A stretch of DNA of 64,000 nt from Mobula hypostoma (taxonomy: Eukaryota), in contig NC_086097.1 of assembly GCF_963921235.1 (NCBI RefSeq), positions 6,820,001 to 6,884,000 of the forward strand, in the 5' to 3' direction. Under the pieces are notes generated by a model. It worked only from the letters and a program-made list of their open reading frames with translations. It did no database searches and was not told the DNA's origin. Positions 24,738-37,579 of this stretch are shown one piece after another. Position 1 is the first letter of the stretch. Each line of letters starts with the position of its first letter. The position numbers were made by a program, and so were the translations under genes.

Positions 24738-25600
24738 AAGTTCAAAAGTTTGAAGTACACTTATTTTCAAAGTATGTACAAATAATACAAGCTTGAAATT
24801 TGTCTCCTTAGACACAACCACAAAAAAACTAACCTGAAAGAATCAATTTAAAAAAAGACTAACAAGCACCCAATGCACGGAGAGAGAGAAAAAAAGCAAA
24901 ATCGTGCAAACAATAAAAGCAAGCAACAGCATTCAGAATGAAAGTGAGTCCATGGACACGAAGCCTGGAGCAGCCAGAACAGGCCCATAGCTCAGCCTCA
25001 GCCTCAGTTCATCACACAGCAGGACACATCAGCATGAAGCTTGGAGCAGTCTCACAGCCTCAGTGCCACAGAGAAAGGAAAACATCACGGAAATGCAAGT
25101 AGAATCAGTCCAACCCTCGCCCCTGCCTTTTCAGTCCATCCAGTCTGGCATTTAAATTGTCCAAACACTGGCTCATCCAGTACCACTTTGATACGTTCTG
25201 GGCCTGGACCCCGCCGCCATGTTCCGTCCTGTACCCAACCCTTTCAAATTGGCCCGGCACATAGATCGATCCACTCTCACGCCCAATTTTGCTGGACAGG
25301 TTCCAAAACTCCTCTGGTCTGACTTTCCTCTGCTTTGCACTTCCCAACTCAGTCTCGACCGTGTCCTGACCTCATTCCGACCAGTTCTCAAACATCTCAA
25401 CTTCACTCCAACTTTGCATCGTGCACGCATACCTCGACCCTCAGGTCGGCCTCGTCATCATTCACCCCTTCATTGTTTGCAGTGATCGTATACCACAATT
25501 TTCCACAGAAAAAGTGATATTAATGAAGTATTTAGTTTTATTTCATGCTTTATGAATCACCAGTAAGCTGTTGCCTGTCTTCTGTAGTGTCATCTTAAAC
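24738..25600 (-). mobile_element. Non-autonomous element with Rex-type tail and AAGATG(G)C-like 5' end
   Basis: The minus 5' end is gtttaagatgacact and the 3' tail is (TTTGAAC)-like; there is no coding remnant between them. Confidence 0.55.
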
Positions 25601-25792
25601 CTCACTGCTACTAAGTTCAACTACTTGGGAGTGCTTAGCAAACACCTCTTACAGTTCCGAGTGTCCAGATTATGCCGAGCTTTGCCTGTTGCTCTGCAGT
25701 GATTGCATAATATCTATCAGTGGATCATAGATTTATGAAACCATCATATTTTATCACTCTAATCCAATTCAATTTAAAAGCAAAACAATATA

Positions 25793-26364
25793 TGTTCAGT
25801 TCCACTTTATTAGATACCTCCTGGAACTAATTAGGTGGCTACTGAGTGAATATTCATGCTCTTCTGCTGCTGTAGCCCAGCCATTTCAAGGTTCAATATG
25901 TTGTGTTCAGAGATGCTCTTCTGTACACCACTGTTGTAATGCGTGGTTATTTGAGTTCCTGTCACTTTCTGTCAGCTTGAACCAGTCTTGTCATTTTTCT
26001 CTGACCTCTCTCATTAACATGGTGCTGTTATCCACAGATCTGTTACTCACTGGATTTTTTTTTTTTTGTTTTTTGCACCATTCTCTGCAAACACTAGAGG
26101 CTGTTGTACATGAAAATCTCAGGAGATTGGCGGTTTCAGAGATAATCAAATCCACCCTGTCCGGCACCAACAATCATTCCATGTTTAATGTCACTTAGAT
26201 CACATTTCTTCTCCATTCTGATTCTCCATAATGACACCTGATCCTCTTGACCACGTCTGCATGCTTTTATGCGTTGAATTGCTGCCACATGATTGTCTGA
26301 TTAGATATTTGAATTAATGAGCTGGTATACATGTGTACCAAATATGGTGGCTACTCAATGCATA
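25793..26364 (-). mobile_element. Tc1-derived non-autonomous element
   Basis: Degenerate TIRs of cagtggccactttattagg type at both ends plus an internal mini-hairpin; internal sequence is homologous to 43570-44020. Confidence 0.7.
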
Positions 26365-26570
26365 TTCCTTTGGCAAATCTGACAAAGGAGGAGCTCAGTA
26401 ATTTCAATGCAAAAAGAACGATGATTTACATTATTTTCAAGTTATTTGATTTTTATTAATTAAAATGTTTTGGGCAACTATATTTTTAATTGGCTTTACA
26501 ACATTGTTTGTTTTTCCTGATTATCTTCAGCAATTGGGTTTCCCGTAAGTGTGGGTAACCAAGTTAGTGC

Positions 26571-29465
26571 TGTTACGTACCCCGTAACGGTTTAAAGAAC
26601 CAGCAGAAATGGAACACACCTGGAGTCTGGTTTTGCTGTTTACTAACACTATTTTTTTTAGTAACTACGCAACACGGTATTATAAAATTAGATTAAAGAA
26701 GAGGAAGTACTGGCACTTTTAAGTAATATAAAAGTGGATAAGTCTCTGGGTCTGGACAAGATATTCCCTAGGACCTTGAGGGAAGTTAGTGTGGAAATAG
26801 CAGGGGCTTTGACAGAAATATTTCAAATGTCATTAGAAATGGGGATGGTGCCGGAGGATTGGCGTATTGTTCATGTGGTTCCATTGTTTAAAAAGGGATC
26901 TAAGAGTAAACCTAGCAATTATCGGCCTGTGAGTCTGACGTCAGTGGTGGGTAAATTGATGGAAAGTATTCTTAGAGATGGTATACATAATTATCTGGAT
27001 AGACGTGGTCTGATTAGGAACAGTCAACATGGATTGTGCGTGGAAGGTCATATTTGACAAATCTTATTGAATTTATTGATGAGGTTACCAGGAAAGTTGA
27101 TGACGGTAAAGCGGTGGATGCTGTCCATATGGACTTCAGTAAGGCCTCTGACAAGGTTCCACACGGAAGGTTAGTTAGGAAGGTTCAATCGTTAGGCATT
27201 AATATGGAAGTAGTAAAATGGATTCAGCAGTGGCTGGATGGGAGACGCCAGAGAGTAGTGGTAGATAACTGTGTGTCAGATTGGAGGACGGTGTCTAGTG
27301 GTGTGCCTCAGGGATCTGTACTGGGTCCAATATTGTTTGTCATATATATTAATGATCTGGATGATGGGGTGGTAAATTGGATTAGTAAACATGCAGATGA
27401 TACTAAGATAGGTGGTGTTGCAGATAATGATGTAGGTTTTCAAAGCTTGCAGAGAGATTTTGGCCAGTTAGAAGAGTGGGCTGAAAGATGGCAGATGGAG
27501 TTTAATGCTGAAAAAATGTGAGGTGCTACATTTTGGTAGGACTAATCAAAATAGGACATAAATGGTAAATGGTAGGGCATTGAAGAATGCAGTAGAACAG
27601 AGGGATTTAGGAATAATGGTGTATAGTTCACTGAAGGTGGATAGGGTGGTGAAGAAAGCTTTTGGTATGCTGGCCTCTATTAATCAGAGCATTGAGTATA
27701 GGAGTTGGGATGTAATGTTGAAACTGTATAAGGCATTGGTAAGGCCAAATTTGGAGTATTGTATACAGTTCTGGTCACCGAATTATAGGAAAGATGTCAA
27801 TAAAATAGAGAGAGTACAGAGGAGGTTTACTAAAATGTTACCTGGGTTTCATCTCCTAAGTTACAGAGAAAGGTTGAACAAGTCTTTATTCTTTGGAGCG
27901 TAGAAGGTTGAGAGGGAACTTGACAGAGGTTTTTAAAATTATGAGGGGGGATTGATAGAGTTGACGTGGATAGGCTTTTTCCATTGAGAGTGGAGGAGAT
28001 TCAAACAAGAGGACATGAGTGGAGAGTTAAAGGGCAAAAGTTTAGGGGTAACATGAAGGGGAACTTCTTTACTCAGAGAGTGGTAGCTGTGTGGAACGAG
28101 CTTCCAGCAGAAGTAGTTGAGGCAGGTTCGATGTTGTCGTTTAAAGTTAAATTGGACAGCTATATGGACAGGAAGAGAATGGAGGGTTATGGACCGAGTG
28201 CAGGTCGGTGGGACTAGGTGAGAGTAGGAGTTTGGCATGGACTAGAAGGGCTGAGATGGCCTGTTTCCGTGCTGTAATTGTTATATGGTTAAATGGTTAT
28301 ATAGGTAAATTGAACAAGTTAGCAAAGTTTATGCATATGTAGGTGTGGAAATATAAAACCCGAACTTCTTCAAACTTAGGTGGTAATTGATACAGTTTTA
28401 CGATGGTATGTAAGAAATGTTCAGTTCAGATGCACAGGTTGGTTAATGCGAGATGTTTGTAATCCAAAGGCAAATGTTGTGAGAAGTAATTACATCGATA
28501 TTCCATAGATTCCATGACAGCAATACAAGATAACAATAGTAGTAGGTTTCATCTCCGAAGTTGTTCCACTTCACACAAGAAATATCACCGACAGTGATCT
28601 TCAACAAATATCCTTTTAACACAAGTGGTACCATATCCGAATTCAGCTACGGGACATCTGAAAATGGTGGCCACAGGATACGCCGACAGAATCCATGTAT
28701 GGATTATCACCAACAGTAGCTTATCACAAAGGGGACCCTCTTCAAGGGAACCACCACCCAGGCAAGGGTCGACATACCGGTAGGTTCCACTAGGAATCCA
28801 TACAACGTGGTAGCCACTTATCCAGTTCCACGACATACAAAGTAACTCCAACAGTGATTTGCCACAGGAGTGCCTTTCTTCAGTGAACTACCACACCCAG
28901 ACAAAGGGTAAATACACATGTGGTATTCACAAAGGTTTTCCCCTCACCAGAGAACCCACTCCTGTGGATTAACTATGTGACAATCACACTTTCATAGTCG
29001 AATGGAAACAAACTCACCCTCACGGGCTACTTAGAGAGAGAGTCTGAACAGTGACCTCCGTGTCACTAGGTTTCTTCTGTTTCAAACCTATCTCTCCTCT
29101 CTTCTCTTCCTGCAAACTTGTTCTAGCTGCAGAAAACTTGTGAGAGTCATTTATCAATACTCAGGATTGATCTCAACTCACCCTTTTTGGGCTACTGAAT
29201 GTTTAAACCAGCGACTGACTTACTGGTGTCTTCCATTGACCGAATCCATCTTGACTCTAACTGTGTGTGTCTATGTGCCCTTGTATATTCAAAACAAGCT
29301 GCAGAGAAACCATAACATCGATTGTCCATCAAATAACTCCACCTCTCGCTCTCTCTCTCTCTCTCTCACAGGAGCAGCTCAAACAGTGTCCAAAAGTCAG
29401 TCTCATTCTCCTGGCATTTTAAAGTGACAGTCCACAGAAATTATGAACCCCAGGGCTACATAACA
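26571..29465. mobile_element. Long solo LTR (~1.3 kb net) interrupted by CR1
   Basis: Termini tgttacgtacccc and gggctacataaca form an imperfect inverted pair (TG...CA). A 4-bp TSD gtgc lies at 26567-26570 and 29466-29469. Confidence 0.75.
26690..28302 (+). mobile_element. 5'-truncated CR1 (RT), frameshifted
   Basis: ORFs 26734-27057, 27036-27521, 27562-27903 and 27966-28217; (ATATGGTT)-like tail. Confidence 0.92.
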
Positions 29466-29934
29466 GTGCTAATTTTTAAATGGAGGTAATTATGTGACCT
29501 CTGTATCTTCATATTTGACCGGCTGCCACTTAGATTATCATGGGATTACTGACAGGAATTTCAATCGTACAACTTTGCAAGTTGATGTGGTTTGGAAATG
29601 ATAGATCCAATATTTATTTTGAAATGAAAATTGTGTGTTTACTTCAAAATGAAACACTTGGAGGACAGGTGGAAACATCTTGGGAGTGTGAAGAACCCCA
29701 CAGGTGATGTGGGCCATATAGTTTCCAGTTCTCTATAATCATCAAACACAAAGCCACTCTAACTGGTGCAACATTTGTTTGAAATAGCTTCGTCTGGAAT
29801 ATCACATACAAAGTGCTGCCTGACCTGCTGAGTTCCTCCAGCATTCTGTATGTGTTACTCTGGATTTCCAGCTTCTGCAGAATCTTTTGGGTTATAGACT
29901 ATCACACTGGACTTCTGTTTACCTGTGCATTAAA

Positions 29935-30415
29935 CAGGGGTGCCATGCTAGCGGTAAGCGTAATGCTGTTACCGCTATGGATGTCACAGTTTGGAGTTCA
30001 ATTCTGGCGTCCATAAGAAAGTTTGTATGTTCTTCCTGTGCATGCAAGGGTTTCCTCCAGGTGCTCCAGTTTCCTCCCACACACCAAAGACATTAATGTA
30101 GTAGGTCATTGTAAATTGTATTGTGGTTAGACTAGGGTTGAGTTGCCATGGTAACACAGTGGTTTGCACGATGCTATTAAAGCTAGAAGTGTTGAGATTT
30201 CGGAGTTTAATTCTGACGCCATCTACAAGGAGTCGGTATGTCCTCCACGTGGAATGCGTGGGTTTTCTCTGGGTGCACCGGTTTCTACCCTGGTCCAAAG
30301 ACATACCAGGTAGTAGGTTAATTAGTTATTGTAAATTTTCCTGGTGGGTTGCTGGGTGATGCAGCGCATTGGGCTAGAAAGGCCTGTTCCACACTGTATC
30401 TCTAAATAAAATAAA
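29935..30415 (+). mobile_element. Two adjacent V-SINE-like copies
   Basis: Heads at ~29940 and ~30150. The V-domain gggtttctccaggtgctccagtttcctcccac and a variant occur once each; the end is ctgtatctctaaataaa. Confidence 0.75.
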
Positions 30416-30859
30416 GAAATACACAAACAAGTGATTGAACGTAATTTTAGAAAGGAAAACCCCTTCACCACTATCCTGAGGAAAAGGTAAGGTAATTTAC
30501 AGCAGTATTCATTAAAGAGACATTTAGCCAACAAATGGAATTTTTGGCCCCATTAATATTAATGTCAATGTCTATTTGAGTCAAAGACTCTATTGAAATC
30601 ATGTACTTGCATATGGGATATCCTATTGTGATTTATGAAACATATTGCATGACTCTGCAGTCCTGTTCTATTTTTAAAAAGTAATAGATATTCCCACAGT
30701 CGTTTGAAAGAAAAATGGCATGGCAAAGAAGATGTACAGTAAATCTCCTAAAGTCTCAAGCCACTGACTCATCCATTACAGAAACACCCCCTTTGGCCCA
30801 GTGAATCTGCACTGACCACCAAATATTCACTTGGTAGACATGATGACAGTACAGTGAGT

Positions 30860-31382
30860 ATACTCCCCACCACTGAGCACTTCTACATGGAGCGCTGTCA
30901 CAGGAAAGCAGCATCCGTCATCAAGGACACGCACCACCCAGGACATACTCTCTTCTCACTACTGCCATCAAGAAGATGATACAGGAACCTTAGGACCAAC
31001 ACCACCAAGTTCAGGAACAGTTATTACCCTTCAACTATCAGGCTCTTGAACCAAACGAGATAACTCCACTCAATTTCACTCACCCCATCACTAAGATGTC
31101 CCCACAGCCTATGTATTCATTTTCAAGTACTCTTAATCTCATCTTCTTGATATTTATTGCTTATTTATTTATTATTATTGCTTTCTTTATTATTTGTACA
31201 GATTGCTCTCTTCTGCACTCTCATTGAATGGCCGAGTTGAGTGGTCTGTCATTGATTTTGCTATGGTTATTATTCTATAGATTTATTGAGTACGCCTGCA
31301 AGACAATAAATCTCAGGGTTGTGTATAGTGACATACAGTATATGTAGTTTGATAATAAAATTACCTTGAACTTTGAACTTTG
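30860..31382 (+). mobile_element. Rex-type 3' fragment
   Basis: KAASVIKDTHHPGHTLFSLLPSRR; (TTGAACT)n tail. Confidence 0.75.
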
Positions 31383-31551
31383 CACATAGCAGCAGTTCAA
31401 ACCATCACATCAAAACCATCATCATCACTTGCCACCAGTCTTCCAAAGTCCCACCCCTGTGTTCAGCTAATTTACACGTTACAACAGCTGTTCCCACAGT
31501 AGCATTGCATTCTTATGGTTGTATTTCCATAGTGGTAATCAGAGTTCTGGT

Positions 31552-32120
31552 TCCTTAAGGTTTTTATAGCCAGGGGTTGTAATGGGGACAAGCTCCCACT
31601 GCCTATTAAATGCTCCCAATGGCATGTGCCTCAAATAGCCTCTGACAACCAAGTCTAGCTCCCGGCTTTCACGTGTGGCTTAGCTACTAAGCGTAGTGGA
31701 AGTGTTTCTACAAACAGGAGAAGGGGTAAATATAGGTTACTGGTTCCTTAAGACCAGTTGCCTGGGACAGATGGGGCTTATCAGCTGTTGCTGGCAGACC
31801 ATATAGGAGAAGGGAAATTCTGATATCAAACCTCCGCTGCCTTGTGGCTATACCTATTCATGAGGAAGGCTTCAAGAGTAAACCCAAGGGAATATGGAGC
31901 TGGAGTCCTTAAGGCAGTCTTACTTTGAGTTCAATGGTGACTGGCAACTCTGTAATGTTGCTGGTACCAAACTGTATTGGTCTCTGCTGTTCCTTTGGCT
32001 TCATTAGATGTGTGGAGAGGGAGATCTTGCTGCATGGGCAACAGCTCACTCTCCATATCGTACTGCCCAGGCTTGTGTATCTAGACAGCTAGCATGCAAT
32101 ATCCAAGGTCAACTCTGATT
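31552..32120 (+). mobile_element. RTE-derived non-autonomous element
   Basis: RTE 5'UTR-like ggagaagggaaattctgatatcaaacctccgctgccttg...; an inverted homolog lies at 33290-33862. Confidence 0.6.
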
Positions 32121-32654
32121 GATAGAGGCCTTCACCTCAGTTAGAGTTCAGTTATATTCAAGGCAAGTGGTGGAGAGACATTCAACAGGCACAATGATTA
32201 ATCCTTTAGGATACTGCCCTCACCCAATCAAGTATTCTCTTTGCAACTCCTGCCAAATTCTGACAATTCTGAATTCTGCCAAATTCTCTTACTCACTTGT
32301 GAACTAGGGAACAGTTTACAGTAGCCAAATAACCTGCACATCCTTGGATTGTGTGATGTGGGCTTAAACATGCCCGGTTGCAAGGAAACCATGGGAACTC
32401 CACAAAGATAGCAACACTGATGTGAATCAAACCAGGAAGAGGCTCCACTACAGCACCACTTTGTTGTCCATAATTCCCCATCCTGAAGGAGAATTTGAAT
32501 ATTTTTAAAGCTGTTGTGGATATATTCTAGATAAGCAAGCCTACAGCTCATGGAGTTGGACTTTACCATCAGTTCAGCCATGATTGTATCGAATGATGGA
32601 GCAAGCTCAAGGGAGAGACTGAAAAACTCTTGCTTTGAATTCATACGTCCATAA

Positions 32655-33040
32655 TTTTAAAGATGAGAAATTCTGCAGATGCTGGAAATCCAAAGCATCT
32701 CTGGAGGAACTCAGCAGGTCAGGCAGTATCAATGGAAATAAATAAACAGTCAAAGTTTCGGGCAGAGACGCTTCTTCAGGACTGGAAAGGAAGGGGAAAG
32801 ATGACAGAATCAAAAGAGGGGAGGGGGAAGAAGGCTAGCTGGAAGGAGATAGGTGAAGCCATGTGGGTAGGGAAGGTCAAGGGCTGGAGAGGAAGGTAGC
32901 TGATAGGAGAGGAGAGTGGACCATCAGAAGAAAGGGAAGGAGGAGGGTAATCAAGGGGAAGTAATAGGCAGATGAGAAGAGGTAAAAGGCCAGAGAGGGG
33001 AAGAGAGGAAGGGGAGGGGCGGGGGGAATTTGCTTACCAG
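32655..33040 (-). mobile_element. PLE terminus remnant
   Basis: Tail gagaaattctgcagatgctggaaatcc, a degenerate hammerhead motif at ~32747-32783 and a purine-rich pLTR. Confidence 0.75.
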
Positions 33041-33289
33041 ATTCAAAGATACTTTTTCCAGCCACAGCAGACAATACTAACCTGAACAGTGGTAGATTAA
33101 AGGATAGTCAAATTGCTTCTTCAATGCACAATATAATGGAAGATGGCATTAACATTGCTCAAACATACTGTAAGTTCTATTCTTTGAAGGACAAATCTCT
33201 GCATCAAGCCCTTCACAAAGTCTCAAGTTCATAGGCAGGGGATCCATAATGCTCAACATTGCTGTTCAGTGGGTAGATTGAGGCCTTCA

Positions 33290-33862
33290 GTAGATGGAAA
33301 TTGTATCCTAGCTGTCTACATGATAAGAAAGCCAGGGCAGTATGATGTGGAGAGCAAGCTGTTGTCTATGCAGCAGGCTCCCTCTCTCCACGCAGTTGAT
33401 GAATCGAAAGGAACGGCAGCAACCAATACAGTTTGACACCAGCAGCATCACAGGGGTTGCCAGTCTGTGTTGAGCTCAACATAGGACTGGCTTCGGGATT
33501 CCAGCTCTGGATTTTTCCTCAGAGTTTGGTCCCAAAGCCTTCCCCGTGAACCATGAATGGGCATAGTCACAAGGCAGCGGAGGCTTTAGATTGGAGTTTT
33601 CCTTCTCCTCAAAGACCTGCCAATTTTGGTTGACAGGCTCCATGTGAGTGAAACAATTCGTTTTAAGGTGGCAGTAACCCGCATTTGTCCCTTCTCCTGT
33701 CAGTAGGAATGGATCAACTAGGCTTAGCAGCTAAGCCACATGTAAAGGTCAGGAGGTGGACTTGGTCGTCAGAGGCTATCTGAGATGCACACCATTGGGA
33801 GCATTTAACTGTTAGTGGGAGCTTACCTTCATTATCACCCCCAGTTATGACAACCTTAAGGA
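33290..33862 (-). mobile_element. RTE-derived non-autonomous element
   Basis: Diverged reverse complement of 31552-32120. Confidence 0.6.
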
Positions 33863-34039
33863 GCCCAGTTGGTAGATTTTAATTCTTAATTGGATAATCA
33901 GATTGCACATCATTTGCAAAACTGGAGTCAGTTATCTGCCAAGAAATGGGGCATAACTCAATACTATTAACAGTTATAATTCCTCCTATCCATCCTTGGT
34001 ATTGCAGATCAGATATATAATAAACACACTTATACCAAT

Positions 34040-34795
34040 TAACTACAACCTACAGACTCCCTATCAAGGACTCTTCATCTCATGTTCTCAATATTTATTG
34101 TTTATTTATTTATTAATATTTTTAATTTGTTTTTTTTCTTCTTGTATTTGCACATTGTTGACTTATGCATTTTGGTTGTTTGTCCGTTTCAGTTGTGTAC
34201 TGTTTTTCATTGATTCTATTGTGTTTCTTTGTATTTACTGTGAATGCCTGCAAGAAAATGAATCTCAGTGTAGTATATGGTGACATATACAGTACCGTGC
34301 AAAAGTCTTAGGCACGTATACAGTACATAGCTAGGATGCCAAAGAGTTTTGCATAGTTCTGTGGTAATTTTATGTATTGCACTGTACTGCTTCAACAAAA
34401 GTACACAAATTTCATGACATCTGTGAGTGATGATAAACCTGATTTTGATATGGTTCTCTATTGTGGACTAAGAGTTCAAAGGGGTAGGGAAACATTATCA
34501 TGGTTGGGAAAAGGAGAAGGGAGAGGGGAGGGAGTGGGAAGCACCAGAGAGGCATTATGTAATGATTAATAAACCAATTGTTTGGAATCAAATGACCTTG
34601 CCTGGTATCTCAGGGGTGGGTGTGTCTGCACCAGTGCCACCCCTTCCCCCCACCCCCGGCACCCCTCTGTCCCATACCCTTCCTGCGGCACTCCACCCTC
34701 GCCATTCCCAACATCCTCTGCTCCAGACATTTGCAAAATTCGGGCTCCACTCCACATTGACACAATACTGTCTTAGGCACCCTAGCTATGTATAT
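34040..34795 (+). mobile_element. Composite of Rex tails and Tc1-like mini-hairpins
   Basis: Rex 3'UTR text; mini inverted element cagtaccgtgcaaaagtcttaggcac...gccaaagagttttgcatagttctg at ~34290-34350, with a partial copy at ~34765. Confidence 0.55.
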
Positions 34796-35006
34796 ATGGA
34801 TAAAATAACTTCACAACATAGAACAATATGTAAATTCAAAGTATTTGATTAATTTATGGACAACTATCCTGCCCTGTTCATGATTTAATTTAAATTTACT
34901 TCTCACTAATTTTGTCCTTGCATTGGTTTTGAACATCAAATTAAAATGTGCTTGGAAGCAAGCGACTTTGAAATTTCCACATGTTTTTCTGTCAGATTCT
35001 TTCCAG

Positions 35007-35047
35007 GCAGCGGCAGTGTTGTAATTGACATGCAAGTGGAATTTGAG
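35007..35047 (+). other. Candidate micro-exon encoding a SEA-like GSVV segment
   Basis: Acceptor ttctttccag and donor GAG|gtgaga flank 41 nt encoding SGSVVIDMQVEFE in non-repetitive sequence. No partner exons were found. Confidence 0.25.
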
Positions 35048-35109
35048 GTGAGAAAAGATCTAAATGTAAATGCTTGTAGTGAAGATTTGTGTATTTCTAA
35101 GGTATTGGT

Positions 35110-35515
35110 GGTCTCTGCTCCAAGTGGACCACAACCTTGTTGTTGGGTTTGGAGGCTTGTGAGTCTCAATGACCCGGAGAGCTGGAGTCAGGGCCTTGAG
35201 CTTTGGCTCTGGGTAGGGTCACCCATGCCAAATAGGTCAAAGGGTAGAGGCCAGGTTTGGGGGTTCAGCTTAATGCTAACAACTCTGACTGATAAAACAA
35301 AATTGTTACGGAAACAGCAATGAAGATTCCTTCTACATCCGAGTGTGACGGTATTCCTGAGTCTCCACCTGGGACTTACATAGCTGACAGTAGTGAAAAC
35401 CAAGATGAAACTACTGACGTGATGAAGGAACCCCTGACGCTGCCAGAGATGGAGAACCTTCATTGCTGCCCTAAACATCTGCAACATAATGGGCGATAAG
35501 AAAGTAAGTAAGTAT
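35110..35515 (+). mobile_element. Bipartite RTE (Rex3/Expander-like) non-autonomous element
   Basis: A 5'UTR-like ggtagggtcacccatgccaaa..ggtcaaagg is joined to a 3' end gatggagaaccttcattgctgcccta with a (TAAG)n tail. A second copy lies at 53150-53555. Confidence 0.65.
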
Positions 35516-36343
35516 TCATGGTCTTTAATGGACCAGTTCTTGGTGATCACATTTCAGACCACATTAAGAACTGCCGATCTTTTAAAGCATTTCCTGTATT
35601 TAATCATACCTAATTATCAGTAGAGTTATGCAGTCTTATCTATTTAGAGATAAAGAGAAAACAGTCACTTCCGGACCACAGAGCTGTGCCGCCCAGTAAC
35701 CCACCTATCTAACCTTATTTAATCACAGGACAATTGACAAAGAACAATTAACTTACTAACCGGTACATCTTTGTACTGTGGGATGAAACTGCAGTGCCTG
35801 AAGAAAACCATTGCGCTAACTACTCCCAACAATTTAAGAGAATTTGTTCAATGTGTTTGACGTGCATATGGAAGTGCATGATACAAACTTCACAGTAAGA
35901 TTATATAAGTATGATATCAGATGACAGGTAAATTATTCTTTCAATTACTAGATTCTGCAGCCTCAGGGAGGAAATCTGAGTCACATCCCCAAATCTGTGA
36001 ATTGATTCTCAGGAACGGTCTGTAATTTCTCTGAGGTTTACAGCGAGCAATATATTTTTGATCCATCTTCTGCGTTCTGATTTACACTTCACGATCATTG
36101 AGATCATGGTCATGTTTGCAGACTTTAAATTATTCTGTCTTTCAATCATTTCAGCCCTTGCCTTGGAATGGTCATGAGTTGATTGCAAAGCTGCTTTGGG
36201 AAAAAAAAAGCCTCTTTATTTTCTACAGTCGGTGATTGGTATACAAAGGGTTCCACCTTGTTGAAACATGGCTGCCGGTATTATTTATCACCTCTCATTT
36301 CACTGCATTTATCCCCATCAGTACCGTAGCAGCACACCTGCAG

Positions 36344-36356
36344 AGGTCAAAGGTCA
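36344..36356 (+). promoter_or_regulatory. Perfect DR1 nuclear-receptor motif (candidate)
   Basis: AGGTCA-A-AGGTCA with E-box CACCTG at 36335-36340, in non-repetitive sequence. Confidence 0.35.
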
Positions 36357-36639
36357 ATAGTGCACTTGCATCGTAAAGGTGGGCAAATTTATTGAAAATC
36401 AACAAACATCTGATTTGATGGAATAGATTTCATTTGGCAACATAACGAAACTGGTGAAGTTGAAAATAATATACAACAGGTTTGGAATTAATTATTCTTA
36501 GTTGACTCTGCTAACTTGTTAAAATGGCTCACTGAGCAAGACCTTGAGTGAGTTCTGGACTCTAATTCCAACAGTAGTGTCAGAACAGAATCAGAATCAG
36601 GTTCAGTCTCTGGCCTATTTTTCTACAAGTCATAGATCA

Positions 36640-36895
36640 GCATAACTCCACCACAGACGGTCCCAAGCCCAGCTGCTAAAAGAGGCAGGTTGGGCAAGGG
36701 ATTAGCAACCCCATCCCACGGAAAACCAGAGCTACAGAGATGACAACAGAAGCTCCAAAAGACCTCATCCCTGTGAGAGGAAGGATCTCTGAAGGTGGGC
36801 TCCTCCTGGCGACAACTTCAGAGAATGGCCCGCAATAAAGTACCCCAATGAGCTGCTGCCAAAGGTCTCTGCCCCAGGAGGGATGATGAGTTTAA
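36640..36895 (+). mobile_element. RTE-derived element
   Basis: RTE 5'UTR-like ggtcccaagccc...ggttgggcaagggattagcaaccccatccc. Confidence 0.5.
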
Positions 36896-36897
36896 GC

Positions 36898-37265
36898 AGA
36901 CCATAATACCATAAGATACACAAGCAGAGTTAGGCCATTTGTCCCTTCTACTCTGCCGTTTTATCATGGCTGATCCAATTTTCACTCAGCCCCAATTTTC
37001 TGCCTTCTTCCCGTATCTCTACATGCAGTCAAGAATCTTTCAACCTCTGCCTTAAATATACATAAAGGTTTGGCCTCCACAGCTGCCTGTGGCAACAAAC
37101 TCCACAGATTTACCACTCTCGGCTGAAGAAATTCCTCTTCATCTCTGTTCTAAAAGGATGCCCCTCTATTCTGAGGCTATGTCCTCTGGTTTTCAACTCT
37201 TCCATCATAGGAAACATCCTATCTACATCCACTCTATCAAGGTCAGTCACCATTTGATAGGTTAC
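36898..37265 (-). mobile_element. CR1 3' end
   Basis: Homologous to 960-1330, with a ccataag-type tail. Confidence 0.75.
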
Positions 37266-37579
37266 TATCAAAGAAGAGGAAATCAGCATCTTTGTTCCAG
37301 TCGCTTTTCGAGAGCTTGGTCAATTTCAAATAATTCATTTGACAAACTGTGTGATTGGCTTAGCACATCTTTATCAGTTTTAAACCGAGATAAGTGTGTT
37401 ATGGATATTGCACATACATTAAAAGACCAGGTTGAAACCTTTGGGATTATCAAGCTTTTATGGGTTTGGAACTTTGGGTCATGTTAGTTCTCAGGTGGAC
37501 CACAAAATGGAAAAGTCACATATTGAATAAAAACCAAAAACCTCCAACCATGGAAATCTGAAATAGAAACAAACACAGT

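Noticed and set aside
36229..36277. Possible exon after ttttctacag
   Set aside because: Weak donor, two frames closed, and no recognisable peptide in the third.
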